A stretch of DNA of 63,789 nucleotides, filler included, from Olpidium bornovanus S191 (taxonomy: Eukaryota; Fungi; Olpidiomycota): the NCBI GenBank assembly GCA_017911155.1. It is 24 parts of 24 records of this genome, joined end to end, with 100 filler letters (N's around TTAATTAATTAA, not from the genome) between each part and the next. Parts side by side here need not be neighbours in the genome. Positions count along the whole stretch, not along the records: positions 1 to 11,260 come from JAEFCI010002980.1; positions 11,361 to 16,004 come from JAEFCI010005816.1; 22 more parts are not named here. One strand, given 5' to 3'. How positions within the stretch are numbered: position 1 is the stretch's first letter; every line of letters starts with the position of its first letter. The position numbers and the translations under genes are program-made. Positions 1 to 11,561 of this stretch are shown piece after piece. Below the pieces are notes generated by a model, which had not been told where the DNA came from, made no database searches, and saw nothing but the letters and a program-made list of their open reading frames with translations.

Positions 1-1911
1 CATGGACAACAGGAACATCGTCCATCTGCTCTTCTCGGTGCTTGGAAAGGCTGGGTATGTCTCCTTGGGACACGCCCAACCCCCTGCCGACGAGCGCAGG
101 CTTACCCTCCAGGAGGCAAGGAACGCGTGGACGCTCCTCGGCGTGCGCGCGGAGATAACTGAGGCCGCCAAGCGCCGGCAGAGAATGACCGACAAGAGCG
201 GGGTCGTCCTAGGACCGCCTGGTGTGGCGCCGGATTCGCCGGATAATCGGGAGGACTGAGAGTCCGATATTCCCGTTCCGAGAGGAGAAGCAGCCTCGCG
301 ATCGGGGGATCCGGCATATTCCTCCGTTCCGTTCTTTCTCGTAACTGGGCAATCCGTAATGACACGGAGCCCACGAACTCGGCGATTACCGAAGAGAGCG
401 CTTCTTCCGCAAGTATGTTTTGAGCTCTTTGCATGAGGCTCGAATACCCAACGGACGCTTACGAGCGCTTATGACGTCAGGGTGCCCCGAAGGTGCACAG
501 TTTGATGCACGCGGTTTTGTCTCATAAGCCTAAATTAGAGAATTAGAACACACACACATACACACATACCGCCCCGCTTTTCCCCCACCCACCTCCCTCT
601 CCTTCCGCTCTAATTCACCTGGATTTCCACGAAATTTTCTCGCGGAACAAATGGTTTGGTTGCCTCGGCATCTCACGCAATAGCGTTTAAAACCGAAAGC
701 GCAGTCACCCACACCCCCCTGTACATTTTCCTCGCTGAACGCATGGTTGCCTCCGCCATTTGCGCGCGATGGCGATCCACCCCAACGAAATGCAACTTTA
801 CCCGTACATGCACGGCCCCCCGCAGGTCTCAAAAATCCCCCTGGAGGATTACGGAAGTGGGAAATGAAGGAAGCGTTTTCTTGGTTCTTGCGGGAGCCTC
901 GAGCGGGCTGATCTTGCACAGAAACGGCCGATTGCGGTTTGTGCCTTCGCTGCTGCGCATTTACTCCATGAGCGCCCGACTGTGTCAGTCCGCCTATTGC
1001 ATAATCATCGAGTTCTTCGAAAGGTGTCTGTTTCGAGGTACATCCAACCACCCAGGAGACTGAACGCTTTAGGCCGTGAATGTGGTTTTCGGTACCGTAT
1101 CGAAGTTGGCTATGAACTGCGGGTAATGTTCTAGTCATGCGGAAGAAGTTCGGATTACATAACAAATTAAGGAGATCAGATAAATCCAATATCCCCTGCT
1201 TTACGGGCAGATATCGTAATTTCTAAAAATTATCCGTCGTAATCAAGATGCCGGAAGTATAAGAGCTTCTCACGGCAGAAAATAACGTTCGTACGGACAT
1301 GTTTGAGGACCTCCTCAGCAAGCTGATCAAACACGAACATCCAGCCCACATCAACGCCGGCCAAGCGTTATGGAATCCGAAGTTGTCCAGCGTGCACAAC
1401 AGCTACGTCAAAGTGACATTAAGGGCGGCGAATTTTCGCGGATAAACCCAAAGATTCCAATTGTAAGCTGCTCGACGCAGAACCGCGTGCATGGAAGGAA
1501 GCCCTTTTATTATCGTCGACCTTTCCTGCCAAATTTCGCGTTTTCCCGTCGGTCTTCAACCGTTCTTTTACGCTAGGTGGCGTTCAGGCACATTCGTTGT
1601 TCTTCCTATTCCCTCCGCGCAAAACCTTAAAGGTTTGCTTATATTGTACCACATCCGAAACCTGCTTGCGTGCGCCAGTTCCCATGTCTTCTAAGACGAG
1701 AATCAACCACGACGATTCGGTCAGCGCGGTAACCACATGTCCGGCGCAAACACCGACAATGTAAAGGGTTCAACATTTAAGCCCTCTCCGACAGCATCCA
1801 GAACGGCCACGGTGAGCCGAGCCATCGGGTTATAGTATACGTCGCGGGAGGCAGGGAAGACACGAAAAAGTCCTTTAAATATCGCTAAATAAACCGCAAT
1901 TTTCAAGCGCT

Positions 1912-2880
1912 TCAGGCGCGGTCGGGAGTCTTGGCGGGGACATCCGAAACCTGGTTTTCGGCCACCTGATCGGAGTCTTGGTGCAACACTTTAAGATGAG
2001 TGGCGGCCGCCTCGTACACTTCGAGAATGTCGGGGGGGTCGGGGTGCGTATTGACGTAGCCGTGGTCGTAACCGACCACTACGCGCTGCTCGCGGAGGAC
2101 GCCGGCCGCCCTAAGGGAAGAGGCGTACTTCTCGGCTTCGTCGCGCAGGAAATCCAGCTCGGAGACGATCACCACGGCGGGGGCGACGCCCTCCAGGTTG
2201 CGCGCATTGTCCTCGAAAGCCGGCGACGCCATCCACTCCCCTCTCCGCTCGCGTTCAGGGATGTAGGCGTTGTTGAACATTCGTGCCATCCAAGGCGGTA
2301 CGAGGGGCTTAGCCAAGCGTTGACGCTTCAGCTCAACAGGCGTCACCAAGTCCAGAACCGGATAGGACAGGACCTGAAGAGAGATCTTGGGTCCTCCGTT
2401 ATCCCGGGCCAACCGGGAAACGACGGCAGCGATGTTTCCGCCGGCGCTATGGCCACTGACGGCGAGCCTCCCGCCGTTCCAGCCGTTGGCGGCGCCGCCG
2501 TTCTCGGCAACCCAGCACACCACCTCGAAACTCTGCAGCGGAGCGACGGGGTACGGGTGCTGCGGTGCCAGGTAGTAGTCGACGTTCAGGACCGTGATCC
2601 CGGCACGCACGCAAAGGAAGCGGCAGAGGTGGTCGTCCTGGTCAGGGTCGCCGAAAACAAAGCCGCCCCCGTGGAAGTTGACCAGGACCGGCGGGGGTTG
2701 GCGGTGTTCGGTGGCGGGCGGGAAGTACACCTTGCAGTTTACGGGGCCGAAGGTGGTCGGCACCGTGATGCTGCGCTCGTCTGGCGCGTACTCCGGCAAA
2801 AGGCGCTTCCTCGGACGAAACCAGAAAAAAACGGGCAGGAAGGACTGCATCGCGCGGGCGAGGACGGTGGAAAGGCCCAT
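1912..2880 (-). CDS. Intronless hormone-sensitive-lipase-family alpha/beta hydrolase (esterase, Abhydrolase_3), 322 aa
   Basis: ATG at 2880 (MGLSTVLARAM), TGA at 1912-1914. Motifs: oxyanion HGGGF, NVDYYLAPQHPYP, nucleophile elbow GHSAGG, acid DFLRDE, catalytic His in DHGY. The upstream 138 aa of the track ORF is probably not coding. Confidence 0.93.
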   Translation of the reverse strand: MGLSTVLARAMQSFLPVFFWFRPRKRLLPEYAPDERSITVPTTFGPVNCKVYFPPATEHRQPPPVLVNFHGGGFVFGDPDQDDHLCRFLCVRAGITVLNVDYYLAPQHPYPVAPLQSFEVVCWVAENGGAANGWNGGRLAVSGHSAGGNIAAVVSRLARDNGGPKISLQVLSYPVLDLVTPVELKRQRLAKPLVPPWMARMFNNAYIPERERRGEWMASPAFEDNARNLEGVAPAVVIVSELDFLRDEAEKYASSLRAAGVLREQRVVVGYDHGYVNTHPDPPDILEVYEAAATHLKVLHQDSDQVAENQVSDVPAKTPDRA

Positions 2881-3309
2881 CTCGTCTGGCCTGACTCCTC
2901 TTCCCTGCCGCTTCTCTCTGCGTCTCCGAGTTGGGGTTGGGGGATGGTTGGCGCCGGAGGTTTGCGGACCCGCGGAGTCCGCCGGGGCAGGTATTCTCGT
3001 TCCGGCTCCCCACCGGGGGTGTCGGCGGGCCACCCCCGTTTTCGACTCATGGCCTCCATGCCGCCCACCCGGCAACGCCCGGATACCGCCGCCCACCCGC
3101 CGAGACCAAGCGGCAGCTTGCATTCCTTCGACGTTTCCGCTTTTCCGCTTCTGCTGCCCGTCCGCCACTGCGTTTTGCTTTTGTTCACCTTTAAGTTTCC
3201 CTAGTTTCTTCTGGGAAGTGCGTGATGCTTTGCTTCTCCCCGTCCCAAACAGACCAGACCCGCCCCCCGCAACGCCAACGTCGGCATCGCCCACCTCACG
3301 AACGACCGC

Positions 3310-3452
3310 TCTTCAGTTTCCGTATTTCAGTGCGGCAATTATGATGATATACGAAGTCCACTCTCTCGACATCCTTTCTGCACCGCCGGGTCTTCAGCGC
3401 GTCAAGGACAAAACTATCTTCAGTTTCCGTATTTCAGTGCGGCAATCATGAT
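3310..3452. repeat. Two 36-bp direct repeats (1 mismatch), period 107 bp
   Basis: TCTTCAGTTTCCGTATTTCAGTGCGGCAAT(T/C)ATGAT at 3310-3345 and 3417-3452. Confidence 0.95.
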
Positions 3453-4497
3453 AAAACGTGTTCAAACAACGCCGACGGGCCTGCTACTGGGCGATTTTCC
3501 GTGGGCCTTGAATTTCCTCAGCTTGCTAATCCTTGTTTCCGCCATAACTCTCCACTTTTCACTTCCGCGGCGTCGTCAACTATAACCATCAGGTATAATG
3601 CAGCAAATACCAGCGCTACGCATGTGGTTCTGAATGTGAACGCTGACCATTCATTTAACTCATATACCGGGACAGAGGTACTACTGGCCATACGTCACCA
3701 GATCCACTCCTTTCCAATAATCTTGAATGTTCTAAAAGGATCAAAGCTCTTTGGCTCAATCAACATGTCTGCCTCCTTAATAGGAAGAACGGGCACCATT
3801 CTCATGTATGGAAGGGAGGTGGCGATATATCTTGAAAACATGGTTTATGGACACCAACTGCGTCATTCATGAAGTCCCCAGTTTCTAAATGCCGGGCGGG
3901 CTAATGATTTCTTTTTCTTTCTTCCCTGAGCGTGGTTGTAATTTTTTTTTTTTTCCCCCCCCCCCCCCTCCCCCGCCTTTTCTCGCGCCCCGCGCCGCCG
4001 TTCTTTTGGTCGCCGGCCTCCCCGTCTTTCCGGAGAAAGTGGCTTGATTTCCCGGCGGAGCTCATGGAACAAATTGACCTCTTTCCAAGCCTGTATTTTT
4101 TAGACTCCTCTGCTTGCTATGGATTCTTCCCCCCCGCATTTATCTAAAATTGCGTACATATCACGAAACATTCACGTCACCTAAAAGCATGTAATGAGAG
4201 GATGCGATGAAAAGGGAAAACGACCTCTTCGATCCCACAGAGCACTTAACCCAGCGTTGGAGCTTGGTTTCCGTTTGCATGGTCTATCGATATGTCTCGG
4301 GCGCGGCTGGGGCCAACCTTCGGGTACTTGAAAGACCAGACAGCCAGACAGGAACGTCGAAACAAACGATAAAACTTTCGGATGCGTGAAGGCGAACCAG
4401 CTGCATCCGTGGTTCTGAGTACAGATCATGATCGCCTCGCAATACGTCATTTGCAGGATGGTTGAGGTGGGGCAGAGACTAAGTTTCCAACGTGATC

Positions 4498-4960
4498 GAT
4501 AGCCATGGTCTCGAAGGCTTCTGGAAAGACAAACGAACCTACGTGACCATGGTTCCCCGCATGCTCGGACGACTGCTGGAAAAGGCATTACGCCAGTTCG
4601 CACATTTCGATTCCATTGCGGATCTCACCGTTACGGCAAATGGCTCGCTTAAGTTAGCTCTATGGCATACAATCTGCGCTTATGTCCGAAGTTTGAAAAG
4701 GGACTCAAAATCCTCGTTGATCCTCAGCGAGCATGCACCATGTGAAAGGTCACCCGACCATCGTGGCGTCGGCCGCCCGCTCAACGTGTTCGTTGCGGAC
4801 GGGCTACCGCCGGGCACCGTGCAAAACTGCCGACGCGTCATTCAACAAGGTTCGCGACACTGTGAAGCACGGGAAGTGGCCTCCCATCGACGTCTTCAAC
4901 GTACTCTCCCTTCCCGGCGGAGAGAGCTTGTCATGGTCATTCGCCTCCAACAACACTTAA
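4498..4960 (+). CDS. Possible exons of an unidentified gene
   Basis: Protein-like open frame HGLEGFWKDKRTYVTMVPRMLGRLLEKALRQF... after a TAG acceptor. No recognisable family and the exon structure is unresolved. Confidence 0.3.
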
Positions 4961-5348
4961 ATCATGATAAGGTGGATTAAATTACCGTAAGCGTCATCAT
5001 GACGGCATTTGTTTTCCATGCTGGCCTCGTCACAGCATGCTTGCTTGTTTCATCGGGAGGAGAAAAGGAGAGAAAAATTATAAAATCCGTGCAAAACGCA
5101 GCCTGAAGCATCGAGTCCCAGCACGGGTTTCAGCTTCCATAGCTCTCATACACGAGGCCAGGGACTTTTTCATGCTGCCCTGCCAGAAACAGTTTTTTCA
5201 TCAACTTATCGGGACAGGCTTTGAGCAAACATATTTAAGAATTACAGTGGTGTACACCTCCCATTGCCCAAGCAATGTTAACCCCCCTCCAATTTCAACC
5301 GTGAGCCACTGTCTGCGAGGGCAAACATTTTCCTAAATGGTGCGCCAA

Positions 5349-8300
5349 TCACGCACAGCCTTTCTCCGCACGCGATGCTCGGTCTGGCCACACCGCGCCG
5401 CCGCAAGACACGCGGGCGGTGTGGGCCACGGCCGGAGCGGGCAGGAACTCGGCCTCCACCATACGCTCCACGAACTCGTCAAGCGCTTTGCCGATTTCCG
5501 GCACGCACTCCGATATGATGTCTTCGAGGAGGCTGTCAGCCGCGCTGCTCGTACATCGAACGCAGCGAGGAAAACAGTTCAAAGGATCAGAGCTCCGGCC
5601 TCACTAGGGAAGACGCGGCTGATAACCGTATTTGACGGAGATCAACGTACTCGGCAATGAGTTTAGAAATCTCCATTGGAGCGTCGAGAGTGAAGGAAGC
5701 TGTTCCATAGTCGGGGACAAGCTCATCAAGATCGTCTGCACGTTTTCCAACCGTCGTCTTGACAGCTGTCGCATTCAGCTCAGAAGCCTGCCTGGCTTCC
5801 TCCGCTGACGACGGCTGACGTGGCCGAACATCCATTTCCTCACAAGTGATTCTATAACGTCCGTCGCTATCGCGTTTCAAGTCATCCACAGTGGAAGCAA
5901 CATCCTTTGGCTTCGCCACCTCTAATTCCTTTGCGATCCCGGCTACCGGTTGCGAATATCCTGCCGACGCGTCTCCAATTTTCGGACTGGATGGAGCGTT
6001 GGTTGCCGCTTTTTCATGGAAAGCTGCATCAAAATCCGCCGCGACGGTGGCGTCATGTCTGCAGGTGCGTGTGCTACCAGTTGTTGCTGCGGCCAATTTT
6101 GAACGCTTCGGATGACACTCGATCACACAATTCTCCGCAGCGGCTATGAGGTGTGGCGGACCATAATCCGGGACGCGTCCCGCTTGACCTACCGCAATTT
6201 CGTCGCTAATGTTCTTGTCGTTATCTGGATTGCCCTCGGTGACCTGGACCGCTGCGTCAAAACACATGGTGGCGTGGGGGGCGATATCCCGTCGTGGTGA
6301 GCGCGGCGTTTCCCGCTGGATGATCACCTTGCGGACCCGCGGCCGTGTGGTTCGCGGCACTGCCGTCTGCTGCGCCCTTGCCTGCCAGAAACCCGCGGCT
6401 TCAGCGACCATCTCTCGAAACAGCGCGAGTTCTTTGCAAATGTCGGATAAGCCCGAGTTCTCGGCGCTCAAAACCGGCCTTGAGCCGGCGGCGTCGATCG
6501 GATCTGCTGGCGACAAGGACGAGCCCGTTTGGACGAAATTTGCGGTCTGATTGGGACGCTCGATCTGCGGCACCCCGGTCACACCGCTTACGGGATGCAG
6601 AACGTGAGTTTTGCCACTTGGTTCAGTGGACTCTTCTCGGAAAAGGCAAGGCTCGCCGCACGACTGCGATTCGGAAGGCTGGTGCAATGATGGTGACTGC
6701 CCGCATCGCGAGTGCGTCGGCGAGGGATTGGATGCCGATCTTCGAAGCGGAGAACTATACTTCGTTACGTTCGGGCGATTACAGTACCCGAGTTTCGCAA
6801 ATAGGGGTTCTAGCGGCTGCTGATCTTGCGCAGCAGGCGGCGGCCAAAAGGTGCACGGTGCACGTTCGGGGGCTTGCTGCACAGACGAATCCTCCGCTGC
6901 TGGGGACGGCTCAAACATGAATGCTTGTGCTGTAGGATGCTGTGTGGGGTGACTGTAAGATGCTAGCGATACCTTATTTGCAGATGTAGTTGCCAGCGAA
7001 ACTTGCGATCCCTGCGCGTTAACCTGCGATTGCGTGGGCTGCCGATCCAACAATGCTGTGGCAGTCCCGCTGAGTAGTTGTTCCAGTGCAGAGTTTGGCG
7101 ACGGCGCGAGGCTCAATTCTGTCTCAAATGAGGGTGGACCGGAGGCTGCAGCGGGAGCAGTCGGCGAATCAAAACCAAGGTCTCGAAAAGCCGGAAGTTG
7201 GTTATCGCCATCTGTGCTCTCGTCCGGCTGTCGGGAGTTCGGATCATCAGGGGCAGACAGAAAAATGTCGTCACGACCAAGATCAATAACTTCATTCTGC
7301 CCGCCACTAGACGACCCGACGGCGAGAGTTTCATGCGGTGCTGTCGGACCAGACGATTCTGTCGCCGCATCACCGGCCGGCGGCGCGATGGGGAGTGATA
7401 ATGCGCTTCGGCCGCCGGCCGCAGCGCGGCCACCGTGTCTAAGCGGCTGGCGGCGGCGCAACGTCCTGCCCCTTCGCTTCGCCGCCGTTCGCTCCTTCTC
7501 CCGTTCCGCAGACATTTTGTTCCACGCGTCCTCCAGCGCGTGGTCGGCAGCCCGCACGGACTCGAACGGGTCCTTGTGATCCCGCCGCATTCTGAGCCCA
7601 GTCGTCGTCCGGTGCGACCGGTCGACGTCATCGGGGACCGCGAACGGCGGCCGCAGCTTTCCCTTTCCTGCTTCCTGCGAACCGTCGGCCGTCCGGGACG
7701 GGCGTTTGCCGGCGACGGGCGGTCCCTGCGCGGCCTTTGCCGGGATCGCCTGGCTCGCCCCGTCGGGGTCCTTGCGCACGGGAAACCGCTGGTCGCGAGA
7801 GACGTAGTACTCAAGATTCTGCTGCCGCATCGCGGAGGAAGTCGGCGACGGGCTCTTGTACCGCCCAAACGCGCGGCGCTCGTACTCGAGGACCTTCCGC
7901 TCGTACTCCCGCCGCTGCTGCGCCGCCGCGCTCTTGGACTGAGACGAGTGCTCGCTCGGCACCTTGAGCGCGCCCCCAGTCTGCGACTGGACGAAGCTGC
8001 TCAGTCCGCCGGACGATCTGGCGACCATCGCCGGAAGGTTATGAGAAGGCGACTTTTTCCCGGCTGCGACGCCGTCGACCCGGGGAGACGGTGTCCCAAC
8101 CTGCTCCGACCCGCTGACGCCGCCGAGCCCGGGGCACGGTGTCCCAACCTGCTCCGGCCCGCTGACGCCGCCGAGCCCGGGGCACGGTGTCCCAACCTGC
8201 TCCGACCCGCCGACGCCGCCGTCGCAGGATCTGGCGGCGCAAGGCGCCCCTGCGGACGCCTCCCCTTCCGTCGCCGCTTCGACAACCGTGCCGTTCGGAG

Positions 8301-8535
8301 CGTCGCCGCTGCCTTCCGCCGGAAGGGGAGGGACCTCCGCAGCCGCCGCACTTCGGCATTTGGCCGACTCCCGCCGCGACTTCCGCATGTCAAGGGCGGC
8401 AACTTTCCGTGCCGCCTCCAGCACTTTGCGCGACCGTTTGCTAACCGCGGCATGTCCGTGCGGCACGCAGACCGGTCGTTTTTCAGCGATCATCCCCGGC
8501 GGTCGGGGCCCGGGTTGTCTCTGCTTCGCGGCCAA
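5349..8535 (-). CDS. Large disordered protein (982-aa exon) plus a C-terminal acidic helix resembling the Moonraker/KIAA0753-type C-terminus
   Basis: Uninterrupted ORF 5587-8535, followed in another frame by AADSLLEDIISECVPEIGKALDEFVERMVEAEFL. The splice junction between them is not resolved. Confidence 0.6.
8068..8220. repeat. 48-bp coding minisatellite, ~3 copies, encoding GGVSGSEQVGTPCPGL on the minus strand
   Basis: Unit CGGTGTCCCAACCTGCTCCGACCCGCTGACGCCGCCGAGCCCGGGGCA at 8089 and 8137, partial at 8185. Confidence 0.97.
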
Positions 8536-11260
8536 CGCTTCGCGATGATATCACGCGGGGGGGCGGTTCGTTTCAACGCGGACCAGGGAAAAACGCGTTG
8601 GAAAGCCACTGGGGCGGCTCCCGTGTCTGTCAGGGGCCACGAGCCCGTTGGGACGCGCGCAAGAAGGTTGTCACTTTGTGCTTCCAGGCCGCGACGTCGT
8701 GGTCGCGTTTGCCGACCGATCTCCGGCGGTTGCCTCCGCTCTGAAAACTGCGTGCAAAGTACGGAAGAGACTGAAAGCGAGAGCGTGCGTTGCCTCCTCT
8801 TTCATTTCCGCGTTGCTTCCCTCGCGCCGAACTGTTTGGATTCCTCAGAACAGCAATCACTTGCACAATCCCGTTTGATTCAATTCATTTGCCGAAATGG
8901 AACGTGGCCATGCGCGAAAACGCGCCCCCCGGAAAAAAGTCATTTGTGAGAGACGGCGATCTTCACAAACCCGGCTGTCCGTAACAGAGGAAATTTGAAA
9001 CCACCAGATCAGGCGGCTGAGGTTCAACCCCCCAAGACAGCGTGAAAGGGCCGTGGAAGGAGAAAAGGGAAGGCGGCTCTTCCCCGGCCACTGCACGTCT
9101 CGTACCTCATCGCCTGTTCTCCTAAAAAAAATGCTTTACCGGCCACCCACCGCCGACGGTCACTCATCGCCGCACGTGAAAGGGCTTTCCAAAAATCTTC
9201 CCGTTTCCTAGTGTAATACTGTTATTCAGGGGAGCGTTGTTCCAGCCCACGCAGGTCAGGAAAGACCTGTTTATGCTCGAAGGCGACCGTACGGACCGAC
9301 TACTGACGTCGACGGAAACTGCGAATTGAAGTGTCAAAATTTATAATCCGAACACGCCAATGTCAAACACGAAAGCGACACACTATTTGAGAGGAACTTG
9401 ACCGGCTCAGAAACGAAAGTTGACGAACAGGCAATCTAGCAACAATCGAATGCTTGAGGTATTGAGCGGGCAATCTTCCCGGTCTTTTACAATCGAAGAT
9501 CTCTTCAGGTCTCTCCATCAGTACTTTTGAAGGATGCCGTCCATTTAGCCCGGTGCTTTCTTTAGCAGAGAGCCCAGGCCACCCCTTCTGACTCCTCTCT
9601 CTTCTAATCGGACGTTTTAGTCCGACACCGGCTCGACTCCAGATCCTGCTTTGGCTCCGCGAATCTGAATCTGAGAATTTTTTTGTTCTTTTTGGCAGCC
9701 GACAAAAGATCCAGGCGCACGCGCTTTTCGCTGAAGGCCTCTGCGACTCGCCGAAGGCTGGTCCGAGCAGGACTGCGCAAAACGCTCTGTGGCACGAAAT
9801 CTGCCCGCACATTTTGGATAATGTGAAAGCCTGTGCGCCGTTGCCGCGTTGAACTGCAATAACGGAGGGCTGCTGCCCTCACAGGGAGAGGCCACGATTG
9901 GTGTCGGTGCAAGTATTACACTAACTAAGGAATGATTTGCAGTACCCCTCTCAAATCCGCGGAGCGCGAAGCTCCGCGCTGGTGTGACCGGGCTCTCGGG
10001 TTCCTCTCGTTCGCCTTCGGAGGAAGCGGCAGTGTGCTGCGGGAAGGTTCGTCGGCCGCCGACTTCCGCCACCTGGCACCAGAGGAGGAGGAGGAAAAAG
10101 GAAAAAAAAAAAAAAAAAAAAAAAATGAAAAAAGCCTCGACCCATCCCACGCTCGGGCTGTCTGTGACTGGCGACGGGCGCTATGGTCGTTCGAGGACAA
10201 TTTGTCGAAAACAATAAAGGATCGCCAATCCGTTGATTGAGAAAGAACGACGAAAGACGTGCCTACCGCAGCATACTTCTCGCGCTATCATCGGCAAAAT
10301 TTCGCAAGAATGCTCGGGAGTCCGGCCGAACGTCACAATTCATAGGCCCTCCTTCATCGATCACCCGTTCGCTCCACAAGGTTCTCAGTTTTCTCGTGCA
10401 GATTATCATGGCCAAAATTTTGCTGTGTGCTGGGTGCTTTCTCAATTGAGTCGTTTCCATAGCTGATGATGCAGCGAAGGTTGGTCTAAAAGAAAGTCCT
10501 GTAGGCACGTTCCGTCTCGTCGTTGTTCTCGGCCGTTGGTCGACCGGCCGTCGCTTCTTCCACCGGCTGTCATAAAAAGTCGAAGGCATTGCAAGCCCGG
10601 GTCGTCATAGCAGCCTGGCATTATGGTAATCCATGTTGGTTCGAATCTATTTACACACGAGTAATTAGATGCCATTATAGAATTACACACGACAGATTTA
10701 TATGTGTTTGGCACGTGGGAAATAGGTTCTCGAAAATTTTCCGCCGAGAAAGGTCCCGGACACAAATGAGCGTTGGCCAGTTGTTGATGTCGCTTGTGGG
10801 AGGCCACAGCAACTGCACGCGGATGCGTTCGCAGGCGCGGTGCGGCTCCTGGCGTTAATTAAACGTCAGGTTGTTTGCGGTTCCCCACCCTGTCAGTTAC
10901 CTACCGCTGTCTTCCGTAATCTTGTTCGGAATGTCTATTTTCTATGCAGAAATGCGCATAAAATGGCGCAACGGTAACTAAAAAAAGTGGAATGGGATGA
11001 CTTGCTGGACAGAAAAAAAGGCAGATTTTTGCATAAAAAGGGCCTTAGACAATTGTGGAAGCTGAACGTTGAAGATTCACCGTAGTTTCGTAACGGCGGT
11101 GGATGCGCGAACCAAAGAACGACTTGCCCTGGGCGGAATAAGGATGCCGGTATCAGACGAAGCCGCAGCCCAGGCACTGGCCAATAACGTTTGCAAATAA
11201 TCAGTAGGACGAAACAAATGGAACCGGGAAAACTGACCCTTTCGTAGCTGCTGATCATGA

Positions 11261-11360
11261 NNNNNNNNNNNNNNNNNNNNNNNNNNNNNNNNNNNNNNNN
11301 NNNNTTAATTAATTAANNNNNNNNNNNNNNNNNNNNNNNNNNNNNNNNNNNNNNNNNNNN
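11261..11360. other. Artificial contig linker (first of 23): N-run + TTAATTAATTAA + N-run, ~100 nt
   Basis: The same six-frame-stop spacer recurs at about 16005, 19298, 22214, 23509, 25947, 28142, 29680, 32636, 34743, 37506, 40170, 42733, 44500, 46630, 49182, 52194, 53841, 55056, 58000, 59166, 61098 and 62646. Confidence 0.99.
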
Positions 11361-11561
11361 CGCGTCGCTTTTTGCGGCATTACGGGGAGGGGTCGCCCGC
11401 CCCACACACATCCCCCCCCTCTCGTCCCCAGCCAGCGATGACGCCTTGCTTCTAGCAAACGGTTTGCCGTGCAGCATGCGTGGCGGCGGGCAGGCGTCGT
11501 TTCAAGAAAAAAAAAAAACCCCCCCGCACACCGGCAGACCCTCGGTCCATTTCCACTTCTG

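Noticed and set aside
1978-3204. Long antisense or overlapping ORFs (also 7435-8949, 17664-19268, 44544-45539, 52447-53244, 56466-57923)
   Set aside because: They are shadows of real GC3-rich genes, where stop codons are scarce, and carry no family motifs.
8600-11260. Short ORFs in the distal part of contig 1 (also 500-1700, 16105-17250, 19398-20500, 22314-23508, 34843-36230, 42833-44499, 49282-50500, 62746-63200)
   Set aside because: Some probably contain real exons, but I could not recognise a family or build a phase-consistent gene model.
11305-11316. Regularly recurring TTAATTAATTAA palindrome as a biological repeat or CRISPR-like array
   Set aside because: It is always embedded in N-runs of fixed length; it is an artificial six-frame-stop linker.
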